Shown piece after piece: positions 47,904 to 55,963 of a stretch of 64,000 nucleotides of DNA. The stretch's first letter is position 1. Each line of letters starts with the position of its first letter. A model generated the notes under the pieces. The model was not told where the DNA came from and made no database searches. It saw only the letters and a program-made list of their open reading frames with translations. The position numbers and the translations under genes are program-made. Origin of the DNA: an uncultured Candidatus Saccharibacteria bacterium (GTDB lineage Bacteria; Patescibacteriota; Minisyncoccia; Phycocordibacterales; Phycocordibacteraceae); assembly GCA_964638585.1 (NCBI GenBank), contig CAZXAN010000003.1:30047-94046 (forward strand). The letters are read 5' to 3'.

Positions 47904-49047
47904 GTTCGCGCGGGAATGCAAAATGAAAGAAGATTATCAACAAAGTTCCGGCAGAGAACGTGGTTAGTAAGATAACTATAAAAAAGCCGATATACGGTAT
48001 TAGAGAAATGAGAGACAGAACGAGCATCCCTACGACGCCATCGTGCCAAAGAACTGTATCGCGACCTGCGTAACGGCGCGCAAACAAGTTGCCAACTAAA
48101 ATCCCTGCATAAATAAGGGACAAGAGAACTATTGTCGCGTATGAGATAAGTAACAATATAGCGATACCTAGACCAACAAACGTTAATGCCAACAATAATA
48201 AGAGTACTGGAGTCACTACAAACACAGCAAAACCGAGCAGTATCGTCAACAAAATTCTGGTTGGACGCAATGTCATTGCCCTATCTACTAACATTTCTGC
48301 AGGTCTAGGAAATAGGCCCGCAAGCAACCCTGCCAAGATCAAAGCGCCCAAGATTCGTACCAAAAGAAATAGTCCGATACTTATTATTGATAAGATTCTT
48401 GACGTGCCAGCGTCTGGTAGATATGAAGCGTTTGTATATTCAACTCCGCCAAGGATAGATGCAGACGAGGGGATAGTAGCCTCTTCTGGCGCCTCGTAAG
48501 AAAGCTTGCCTGCGATTGTCGTACTCGCCACTAGAGTAACACTGCCACTGGAGACAATATTTACATCATCAGCAAAGTCACCGGCAAGTGAAATGTTGTT
48601 GCCATAAATAATAACTGGACCAGTAGCTCCATTTGTCATAGAGACATTAGCCGCGATTATAAAAACGTTCCCGCGTGCGCGACCAGAGTCTCGTACTGAA
48701 AGTCCAAAAGCGATAATGTCCCCTGAAACAGCCTCTTCAATATTCACACTCCCGCCAACCGCTCTAAAATCTCCTAACACTGGGGCACGCGAGCTCACAG
48801 AACCCGCAAAAAGCAGTTCATCTCCAGCGACAGTGGCGGCAGTGACTATTGAACCGCCAACTGCAGACAAGTCGCCTGCTACTGGTGCGGTGATAACAAC
48901 TGAAGCCCCTGCGGCATACGAATTTCCGAGAGAAGAACTTGCTGACAAGAGCGAATTTCCAGCTGAAAAAGATGATGGTGGGCGAGCGGCAAATACTCCC
49001 GTCGGCAAGAGGAGTGCGACGATTAGGATTATAATGGCTCGTTGCAT
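47893..49047 (-). CDS. Bactofilin-like (polymer-forming, beta-helical repeat) domain fused to a C-terminal polytopic membrane domain
   Basis: Signal/TM helix, then repeated AGDLSAVGGSIV / LGDFRAVGGSVN / SGDIIAFGLSV / AGDFADDVNIV units, then about five TM helices. Start taken at MQRAII. Confidence 0.5.
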   Translation of the reverse strand: MQRAIIILIVALLLPTGVFAARPPSSFSAGNSLLSASSSLGNSYAAGASVVITAPVAGDLSAVGGSIVTAATVAGDELLFAGSVSSRAPVLGDFRAVGGSVNIEEAVSGDIIAFGLSVRDSGRARGNVFIIAANVSMTNGATGPVIIYGNNISLAGDFADDVNIVSSGSVTLVASTTIAGKLSYEAPEEATIPSSASILGGVEYTNASYLPDAGTSRILSIISIGLFLLVRILGALILAGLLAGLFPRPAEMLVDRAMTLRPTRILLTILLGFAVFVVTPVLLLLLALTFVGLGIAILLLISYATIVLLSLIYAGILVGNLFARRYAGRDTVLWHDGVVGMLVLSLISLIPYIGFFIVILLTTFSAGTLLIIFFHFAFPREHEE

Positions 49048-49069
49048 AAAGGCTACGGTGCCGGCTTCC

Positions 49070-49573
49070 CTACGGAAGTCCCGATGCGGGAGGCATCGTA
49101 AGGTGCGGTTTTGATGGAGGGATGGGCGGTATTGAAACTGGCACAACTTTCTTCAGTGGTTCAATAAGTGTCGCCAGTACAAAAATGATAACCGTGATTA
49201 CTGCTGACGCCAGACAATAGACACACAAGGCGTTTATTAAGAAAATTTGAACTGCTGTTGTTATAACTGAGACTATGAGGCCTACAAGCGCGAACGCTTG
49301 AAGCACTCTGCGCAGAAGCTTGTCAAAGATTGCGAGCTCCAGAGCTGCAAGTACAAAGAGAATGCTGTAAAAAAGCACTCCAAAATCTGCTGTAGGGATC
49401 CCGAAGATACGCGAATATTGGCTGTTCGCCACGATGTTACAGCCCGAGAGGTTCTCAATGTTGCAGATAAGCGGAGTACCGCTAGACTCGTGTTGAGCGA
49501 GATAGATAGAGTCGGCAAGCCCAGCAAAGGCGAAAATCAGTATTAGAACAACACCTAATCTCTTCATTCCCAT
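49070..49573 (-). CDS. Vitamin K epoxide reductase (VKOR) family protein
   Basis: Loop Cys pair CNIENLSGC and active-site CVYC within a TM helix. Four to five TM helices. Confidence 0.7.
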   Translation of the reverse strand: MGMKRLGVVLILIFAFAGLADSIYLAQHESSGTPLICNIENLSGCNIVANSQYSRIFGIPTADFGVLFYSILFVLAALELAIFDKLLRRVLQAFALVGLIVSVITTAVQIFLINALCVYCLASAVITVIIFVLATLIEPLKKVVPVSIPPIPPSKPHLTMPPASGLP

Positions 49574-49722
49574 AGGATACGCGCTCTATAGCCTATGTGC
49601 AACCATTCACGCAAAGGCCCTGTTATAGGAGATGGAGCCGTTCTTTGTCGGAACAAGGAGCATCGAGGGGCACGATATTGCCTCGATTACCAAAATCCTG
49701 ATTCCGATAGCGAACAAGAAAC

Positions 49723-49762
49723 CCATCCACCCTACTCTTCTGTGGATGGTTTTTTATTTTTT
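49723..49762 (+). terminator. Intrinsic terminator CCATCCAC-N11-GTGGATGG plus TTTTTTATTTTTT on the + strand, inside the VKOR-dedA intergenic region
   Basis: Perfect 8-bp stem with a T-run, and no + strand CDS upstream. Confidence 0.6.
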
Positions 49763-49782
49763 AAAATCGTAAATCTGATAGA

Positions 49783-49816
49783 CCACCACACCAATACAAA
49801 AATATTGGTGTGGTGG
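49783..49816. repeat. Perfect 14-bp inverted repeat CCACCACACCAATA-CAAAAA-TATTGGTGTGGTGG upstream of dedA
   Basis: Candidate operator or RNA hairpin 20 nt before the dedA start. Confidence 0.5.
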
Positions 49817-49834
49817 TAGACTGAAACGATTCGC

Positions 49835-50446
49835 ATGATATTAAACTTTTTGACTAATCTAACTGGAGGCACAATTAGTAGCGAGATTCTATTGTCGCTT
49901 GCGATAGTGCTGTGCGCGATATTTATAGAAGATGTAACTACTGTAGTCGTGGGACTGCTAGCCGCAGACGGCCTTGTCCCTGTGCCAATCGCCTTTATCT
50001 CGTTGTATATCGGCATAGCTATTGGCGATACTGCTTTATATTCTCTTGGTGCTTTTGCGCGGAGCCACCCGCGACTTGCACACTATATTGACCACAACTT
50101 CACTGCACCATTTCGTTCATGGCTGGGACATAAATATGCTCTTAAGGTTTTTACAGGACACTTCGTGCCGGGATTCCGATTTACTACATATGTTGCTAGT
50201 GGATTCTTCCGTTTCCCTCTTAAGACTTACGTACCGATGGCTATCGCTGGAGGACTGGTTCTTGAGACAACGCTTTTTACACTTTCATACTGGTTCGGCA
50301 GTTTCTCTTCTCAGTGGGTCGGCGAGGTACGCTGGGGCATCGCAGTCGTATTCTTGTTAGCCATATTCTTTGTTGCCAGACACAACATACGTGCGTACAT
50401 AAAGAACAAAAATGCAATGGAAATAGTTCAAAATGACAAACTTTGA
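49835..50446 (+). CDS. dedA: DedA/VTT-family membrane protein
   Basis: Polytopic protein with DedA-type re-entrant motifs (G...GD...Y..G). Confidence 0.7.
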   Translation: MILNFLTNLTGGTISSEILLSLAIVLCAIFIEDVTTVVVGLLAADGLVPVPIAFISLYIGIAIGDTALYSLGAFARSHPRLAHYIDHNFTAPFRSWLGHKYALKVFTGHFVPGFRFTTYVASGFFRFPLKTYVPMAIAGGLVLETTLFTLSYWFGSFSSQWVGEVRWGIAVVFLLAIFFVARHNIRAYIKNKNAMEIVQNDKL

Positions 50447-51383
50447 TGTGATAGAGAAATATACTAGGAATGTGAGTCCACGGCTGATTCGTGCTGTCGT
50501 TGCATTGGCACTTGTTCTCGCATCTGGGGTCGTGGGATATTCTGCTGGCGATAATTCAGCTCCAGAGAGCGTGAGTATCCCCGTTCAAACGGTAACGGCA
50601 CTAGAGAAAGATTCTGTACGGGTGATCTACAGCCTAGATCAGAAACAAAATGACCAAGAGATAATTGCGCTCATTAAATCTGCAAAAACACATATCTATT
50701 TTGCAATTTATACTTTCACTCTCCAGAACATCGCCGAGGCTCTTGTTGAAGCTAAAGAACGCGGTGTAGATGTGCGTGGGATAGTTGACTCGGGGCAAGC
50801 GAGAGACAGTTATGGTGCACCGATTATTAAAACACTCCTGGACGGCGGTGTTTCGGTAGTGACAGAGAAACATGCGACTGGTAACGGCATTATGCATATT
50901 AAACTTCTGGTGACAGAACAGGCGTATGCATTTGGCAGTTATAACTGGACGAAATCTGCTACAACAATAAATGACGAGATACTTGAGATTGGCACAGACG
51001 AGACACTCCGCAGGGCGTATGAAAATATTTTGAAAAAGTTACTGAACGCCTATCGAGGCAACAGCGCGGCCGCGGGAGCGGCCGCGCCAGTTTCTATCGG
51101 AACGATTGAGTATACAGAAGCAAAGAAGCACATAGGCGAATACGCCTCTGTGCGCGGTACCCTAGTTGAAGCATACACTTCTAAAACCGGCACTGTATTT
51201 TTAGACTTCTGCGAAAATTACAAAACCTGCCCGTTCACTGCCGTCATCTTCGCTGACGATGCCAAACAATTTGGCGACCTCTCCCGCTACAACGGCACTG
51301 TCATCACCCTCACCGGCAAAATCGTTTCCTACGAAGGCCGAGCCGAAATCGTCCTCTCCTCTCCGTCCCAGATTTCTGATTGA
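50433..51383 (+). CDS. Membrane-anchored phospholipase-D-family (single HKD, Nuc-like) nuclease fused to a C-terminal OB-fold domain
   Basis: HKD motif HIKLLVTEQAYAFGSYNWTKSA. The C-terminus resembles an OB-fold nucleic-acid-binding domain. ATGA overlap with dedA. Confidence 0.65.
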   Translation: MTNFDVIEKYTRNVSPRLIRAVVALALVLASGVVGYSAGDNSAPESVSIPVQTVTALEKDSVRVIYSLDQKQNDQEIIALIKSAKTHIYFAIYTFTLQNIAEALVEAKERGVDVRGIVDSGQARDSYGAPIIKTLLDGGVSVVTEKHATGNGIMHIKLLVTEQAYAFGSYNWTKSATTINDEILEIGTDETLRRAYENILKKLLNAYRGNSAAAGAAAPVSIGTIEYTEAKKHIGEYASVRGTLVEAYTSKTGTVFLDFCENYKTCPFTAVIFADDAKQFGDLSRYNGTVITLTGKIVSYEGRAEIVLSSPSQISD

Positions 51384-51433
51384 AACCATTTGCGTCCCTA
51401 CCCTTTTTCATGCTATAGTGCCCTTAACTTCCA

Positions 51434-51985
51434 GTGGCTACCGACCGACTTAGGATTAATAACGAGATTCGCGCAGCAGAGCTGCGCGTTATTAGCGCTG
51501 ACGGGTCTAATCTCGGCGTCTTGAAGCTCGCGGATGCCCAAGCGGCCGCCCTCTCTGCCGGCTTGGATCTTATTGAGATATCGCCCTCGGCCGTGCCTCC
51601 AATTGCGAAAATCATGGATTATGGTAAATTTGAATACGAGCGAAGCAAGAAGGAAAAGGTAGCCAAAGCCAAGGTCAAAGTCTCTGAGACCAAGGAGGTC
51701 CAGATTAAGGTCGGCACAGGCGACCACGATATGGATCTAAAGGCTAGAAAGGCCGCCGAATGGCTCGCCGAAGGCCACCGCGTACGTGCTGAGCTGTTCC
51801 TCAAGGGTCGCTATAAGGGTATGGAGGAGAAGTTTCTCAAGGAACGCCTAGAGAAGTTTCTCGTGCGTATCCCCTATGCCTATAAAATCGCCGAACCTGT
51901 GACGAGAAGTCCAAAGGGCTTCGCAGGGGTGATAGAGAGAGATCTGATAGCTCAAGCTAAACGCGACAAAGAATCAAAAACATGA
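51434..51985 (+). CDS. infC: Translation initiation factor IF-3
   Basis: RINNEIRAAELRVI..., 183 aa, GTG start as is common for infC. Followed by rpmI and rplT. Confidence 0.9.
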   Translation: MATDRLRINNEIRAAELRVISADGSNLGVLKLADAQAAALSAGLDLIEISPSAVPPIAKIMDYGKFEYERSKKEKVAKAKVKVSETKEVQIKVGTGDHDMDLKARKAAEWLAEGHRVRAELFLKGRYKGMEEKFLKERLEKFLVRIPYAYKIAEPVTRSPKGFAGVIERDLIAQAKRDKESKT

Positions 51986-52176
51986 AAACAAATAAATCTT
52001 ATACAAAGAGAATCCGCGTCACCAGAAATGGGAAGATGATGGTGCGCGTCAAGGGTCAGAACCATTTCAACGCGAAGTCTAGTGGCTCAGAGAGAGCTGC
52101 AAAACGTCGTTCAGTATCTATAAATCTATCAGCAAAAGTCCGCGCACGCTTCCTTCCCGGCTCTGGTGCAAAGTAA
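51982..52176 (+). CDS. rpmI: 50S ribosomal protein L35
   Basis: MKTNKSYTKRIRVTRNGK... Confidence 0.9.
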   Translation: MKTNKSYTKRIRVTRNGKMMVRVKGQNHFNAKSSGSERAAKRRSVSINLSAKVRARFLPGSGAK

Positions 52177-52182
52177 TTTATT

Positions 52183-52206
52183 AAAGCCTAGTGTCTAAAG
52201 CCTAAT
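52183..52206. repeat. CTAG-heptamer repeat (AAAGCCTAGTGTCTAAAGCCTAAT)
   Basis: Same family, a degenerate copy between rpmI and rplT. Confidence 0.6.
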
Positions 52207-52218
52207 AACTAATTTAAT

Positions 52219-52566
52219 ATGACAAGAATCAAAGGAGGCATAATGGCGCAGAAACGCCGCAAGAATATCCTAGAGAGAGCCAAGGGCTACCGTGGCATCC
52301 GCTCTAAGAAAGAGCGCTACGCACACGAAGCGCTTATGCGCGCCGGTCGCTACGCCTTCGCCCATCGCCGCGACAAAAAAACAGACTTCCGCCAGCTCTG
52401 GATAGTGCGCTTGAACGCGGCTCTCCGCGATAATGGCCATAAATCGTACTCCACTTTCATAAACAAGCTGAAAAAGTCAGGATTCAAACTCGATCGTAAA
52501 GTCCTCGCCCAATTCGCCTCCGAGCACCCAGAGATTTTTGCCCGCATCGCCAAGCAAGTCGTCTAA
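52219..52566 (+). CDS. rplT: 50S ribosomal protein L20
   Basis: MTRIKGGIMAQKRRKNILERAKGYRG aligns with the L20 N-terminus. Confidence 0.9.
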   Translation: MTRIKGGIMAQKRRKNILERAKGYRGIRSKKERYAHEALMRAGRYAFAHRRDKKTDFRQLWIVRLNAALRDNGHKSYSTFINKLKKSGFKLDRKVLAQFASEHPEIFARIAKQVV

Positions 52567-52594
52567 CAAAAACCGCTCGCAAGGGCGGTTTTTT
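52567..52594 (+). terminator. Intrinsic terminator CCGC-TCGCAAGG-GCGG plus TTTTTTG
   Basis: Follows the rplT stop. Confidence 0.65.
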
Positions 52595-52608
52595 GTTACA
52601 ATCAATCT

Positions 52609-52929
52609 ATGGTAGAAACTCCGAGAGTGCCACAAAAAGGTTTTTATTATCACTACAAGCATGACCCGAGTGGCGCGTTTAATAATTATGCATACGAAGT
52701 CGTTGGACTCGCCCGACATACCGAAGAACAGACTCGGCTTGTCATATACCGACCCTTGTATGAAAACACCTATTTGGACGCTGAAGACTTCTCCGTCCGA
52801 CCGTTAGACATGTTTAACGAGAACGTTATAAAAAACGAAGTTCCTGTTCCACGTTTTTCGCTCATCACAGACCTAGAAATAATTTCTAAGCTCGAAGAAA
52901 TCAAAGCCCGAATGTATCCTGTTAACTAA
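52609..52929 (+). CDS. DUF1653 domain protein
   Basis: GFYYHYKHDPSG...YEVVGLARHTEEQTRLVIYRPLY matches the DUF1653 pattern. Confidence 0.6.
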   Translation: MVETPRVPQKGFYYHYKHDPSGAFNNYAYEVVGLARHTEEQTRLVIYRPLYENTYLDAEDFSVRPLDMFNENVIKNEVPVPRFSLITDLEIISKLEEIKARMYPVN

Positions 52930-53015
52930 ACGAATTTCTTTACAGAATCTTTTGTAATCTCCCAAGATTGGCTGAAGTCGGGAACGACGGTGCGCACCGA
53001 ACTCTTCCGCCAAGC
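52926..53015 (-). pseudogene. Orphan 29-codon remnant of a beta-CASP RNase C-terminus (AWRKSSVRTVVPDFSQSWEITKDSVKKFV*)
   Basis: Homologous to the C-terminus of the intact gene at 53712-55115 (AIVPDFGQSWEITKEAIKRVSVL*). It has an upstream in-frame TAA and no start. Confidence 0.65.
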
Positions 53016-53030
53016 TTATCCCCTATTTAT

Positions 53031-53054
53031 AACGGTCGTATATAATAGCGGATA
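53031..53054. repeat. 23-nt direct repeat ACGGTCGTATATAATAGCGGATA (copy 1, abutting the stop of the 193-aa gene)
   Basis: An identical copy lies at 53651-53673. Confidence 0.8.
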
Positions 53055-53636
53055 TCATTTCAAGCCGAAATGCTCGCGCAAATGCTTGTCGTTCTCTATT
53101 TCCTCAACGACCATATACAACACCGCCGCTCCAATTTTCAGTTCTGCCTTAAGTAAGGCAACGAACTCCTCGCAGTCATATGGAAATACCCACACACTGT
53201 CCTGCAAGCGCATGAAGCCAAGCTCCCGCATCAAAACGCGTAGTCGATCTCGCACCTTGCGTCTCCGTTCTGGTATATCAAAAATAACTACGCGCCATCG
53301 CCCATTCCACCGCCGCTTTTTGGAAAGATCCAATTTATTTTTCTCTAACTCAAATGCTAATTTCTCACGTCCTACGTCGGTGATGCGTGCGTATGCCTTC
53401 CCTTCTCGTTTCTCGAACGTGATGTAGCCGAGTGCTGCGAGCCGCCCGATGGCTGTCCGGTATCGAGCGCGCAGTTGTGCGTGCTTCATGCTCGGGAGTT
53501 TCGAAAGCGCCATAGGGAGAGCTGGCGCCACGGCGGCAACTAATATCACGCCAGAAAGAGCAACTGTCGCGAGGATTGCCTGTTGTATATATCCTTTTTT
53601 CCGCTTCTTTTGTGCTCCTGATTCAACGATTCCCAT
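53055..53636 (-). CDS. Membrane-anchored winged-helix protein with a PaaX-C/Cas2-like domain (putative transcriptional regulator)
   Basis: A basic N-terminus and TM helix, a wHTH (RLAALGYITFEKREGKAYARITDVGREKL), then WRVVIFDIPERRRKVRDRLRVLMRELGFMRLQDSVWVF, which is typical of the PaaX C-terminal fold. Confidence 0.5.
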   Translation of the reverse strand: MGIVESGAQKKRKKGYIQQAILATVALSGVILVAAVAPALPMALSKLPSMKHAQLRARYRTAIGRLAALGYITFEKREGKAYARITDVGREKLAFELEKNKLDLSKKRRWNGRWRVVIFDIPERRRKVRDRLRVLMRELGFMRLQDSVWVFPYDCEEFVALLKAELKIGAAVLYMVVEEIENDKHLREHFGLK

Positions 53637-53650
53637 ATCCTCAATATACC

Positions 53651-53673
53651 ACGGTCGTATATAATAGCGGATA
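53651..53673. repeat. 23-nt direct repeat (copy 2), 14 nt upstream of the start of the 193-aa gene
   Basis: Identical to 53031-53053. Contains TATTATATA on the sense strand, which is -10-like. Confidence 0.8.
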
Positions 53674-53711
53674 GAGCTGAAGGATGAATAGTGTGCATTC
53701 TATAAAACGTA

Positions 53712-55115
53712 CTAAAGTACAGACACTCGCTTTATTGCTTCTTTCGTTATCTCCCAAGATTGGCCGAAGTCGGGGACGATGGCGGTAGCGCCGAGATAGT
53801 CGTGGATGCGCTGGGCGAGGAATCGTTCGGTTGCTGGCTCGCCCATGGCTGTAAAAATGGTTTTTGTACGCCCGCCTGCGCTTGTAAGCGAGGCTTCGGC
53901 AAATTTGAGAAGCTCGTCGCGGTCGGCGTGGGCCGACCAGCCTTCTAGATTCTCCACAGTGGCCCGTATTTCTATATCCCGCCCATTGAGGCGTACACTC
54001 CTCGCGCCCTCTCTCATGCGCCTCCCAGGGCTACCCGGGGCCTGGTAGCCCACTATTATGAGCGTAGAGGCGCTATCAGGCAGATATTTGGACTCCCAGC
54101 CCCCTATCCTGCCACCGTGGCTCATACCGGCGCCAGCGATGATTATCTTAGGCCCAGCAACCTTCTCTATTTCTGCCGAATGGTCGCGAGATAAGGTTTG
54201 TTTAAGAAATGGAAACTTGAATATACTCCCTTCTCTCTTTATCTCATCTTCTACATCTTTTTTAAAATAAGTGGCTCCCCACTTCTCATACACGTCAGTG
54301 ACGTGAATCGCGAGCGGCGAATCTAGATAAACTGGAATTTCTGGAAGTTCTTTTGCAGAAAAAAAGTTAGAGAGCTCGTAGAGCATCAGCTGGGTGCGTT
54401 CTAGCGAGAATGCCGGTATTAGAATAGTGCCGCCTCTTTCTATGGCTCGCCGTAGTGTCTCGCGAAGGCGACTAACGCGTTCAGAATGTTGCGGGTGTAA
54501 TCTGTCGCCGTACACGCTTTCCATGACAATCGCATCTGCATCGGTGATTGGTTCCCAGTCGGGAAGGAGTGGCGACGGGCAGTTGCCGATATCACCTGTT
54601 AATGCGATAGATGTGCCATCAGAAAGGTCCTTAATCCGCACGCTCGCCGAGCCAAGGATGTGACCAGTGTTGCGTAAGTAGACCGATAGTCCCGGCGCGA
54701 CCTCTTTTTCAGTATGATATTCAAGAGTTTCCATTTGCGTAAATGTTTTCTCAACATCTTGCACTTCGTATAATGGCGCGACGCCTCGGCGTCGCGCCTC
54801 CTCGCCCAAGATCCCGACCGAGTCTAGCATAATAAGCTCCGCCAAGTCTTTTGTCGCCGATGTCATATATATTTTCCCGCCAAAACCGTCGCGCACTAAT
54901 TTAGGGAGTCTGCCAACGTGATCCAGATGCGCATGAGTTAGCACGACTGCATCAACACTTTTCACATCATAGTGAAAAGCGCCGTAGATATGCTCTTCAA
55001 CAAAGTCGGCGCCCTGCTCTATTCCGCAGTCCACAACAATTTTCCCGCGTGTGCCTTCTATTAAAAAATTAGAGCCTGTCACCTTCCCTGCTCCGCCATA
55101 AAATGTGAGTTTCAT
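53712..55115 (-). CDS. MBL-fold beta-CASP ribonuclease (RNase J/CPSF-like)
   Basis: Start MKLTFYGGAGKVTGSN, then the HAHLDHVG motif and beta-CASP motifs. The raw ORF's 45-aa N-terminal extension is discarded. Confidence 0.8.
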   Translation of the reverse strand: MKLTFYGGAGKVTGSNFLIEGTRGKIVVDCGIEQGADFVEEHIYGAFHYDVKSVDAVVLTHAHLDHVGRLPKLVRDGFGGKIYMTSATKDLAELIMLDSVGILGEEARRRGVAPLYEVQDVEKTFTQMETLEYHTEKEVAPGLSVYLRNTGHILGSASVRIKDLSDGTSIALTGDIGNCPSPLLPDWEPITDADAIVMESVYGDRLHPQHSERVSRLRETLRRAIERGGTILIPAFSLERTQLMLYELSNFFSAKELPEIPVYLDSPLAIHVTDVYEKWGATYFKKDVEDEIKREGSIFKFPFLKQTLSRDHSAEIEKVAGPKIIIAGAGMSHGGRIGGWESKYLPDSASTLIIVGYQAPGSPGRRMREGARSVRLNGRDIEIRATVENLEGWSAHADRDELLKFAEASLTSAGGRTKTIFTAMGEPATERFLAQRIHDYLGATAIVPDFGQSWEITKEAIKRVSVL

Positions 55116-55132
55116 TTCTCTTACTATACCGC

Positions 55133-55164
55133 AAAAATCCACTCCTTTAGGAGTGGATTTTTGT
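55133..55164. terminator. Bidirectional terminator AAAAATCCACTCC-TTT-AGGAGTGGATTTTT
   Basis: Perfect 13-bp stem flanked by A5/T5 on both sides. Confidence 0.75.
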
Positions 55165-55349
55165 GGAACTGTTCTCTCCGGCAACTTTTTTATGCCAGGT
55201 GGGATAAACAACGACGGCTTTCGGATTCCTTCACAGGCTTCACCAAGCACGTCTTAATGCTATTCTCCCGAGTTAGTATCAAGTTGCGTTTTCAAGAACA
55301 GCTCCACTTATAACTATACACCCTGTGTCAAATTGTCCTGTGGAAAACC

Positions 55350-55934
55350 TCACTCGCCGTTGCGCTTGTAGTTATAGATTTCTTTCTTCCCAAACCAGTG
55401 TTCTATCTCGTGAACAGCCTCTTCTGGTGTCTCTGATGCATGCAATATATTCGCGACAGCGCGTTTTTCTGCGTTGGCAAGCGCTGGCGAATCATTTGAA
55501 TAATCCCCTCTTATAGTTCCCATATCAGCTATATACGGCATTGTTGGTCCACTTATCTTGCGTACCATATCCACCGAGTGAGTCCCTTCAACGACCATTT
55601 TTACTAGAGGAGCCGAAAGCATGTAGTCTACGAGCCATTTGCGAATCTCCGGACCGATTTTTTCTGGCTCTCTCGTGCCGAAGTCAGCTATCGCATCATA
55701 TGAATATTTGTCGTATGTAGCGATTGTTTTCTCACCCAAGCGTGTAATCCATTTATCATCCTTGGGATAATGCTCATCAATCTCTTTGTGCGTAGGCTGG
55801 AACATCTCTAACGCTACAATTTTCAAATTTCTCTGTTCAAAACGTCTTATGACTTCACCTATCAGCCCTTTTTTTACACCATCCGGCTTGATCATTACGT
55901 ATGTCCTCTCTAGTTTTGGATTTTTATTAGCCAT
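55350..55934 (-). CDS. ndk: Nucleoside diphosphate kinase (long form with insertions)
   Basis: ERTYVMIKPDGVKKGLIGEVIRRFE... ; 194 aa. Confidence 0.8.
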   Translation of the reverse strand: MANKNPKLERTYVMIKPDGVKKGLIGEVIRRFEQRNLKIVALEMFQPTHKEIDEHYPKDDKWITRLGEKTIATYDKYSYDAIADFGTREPEKIGPEIRKWLVDYMLSAPLVKMVVEGTHSVDMVRKISGPTMPYIADMGTIRGDYSNDSPALANAEKRAVANILHASETPEEAVHEIEHWFGKKEIYNYKRNGE

Positions 55935-55963
55935 ATTTTAAAAATAAAATGCGCAGAGCGCTG

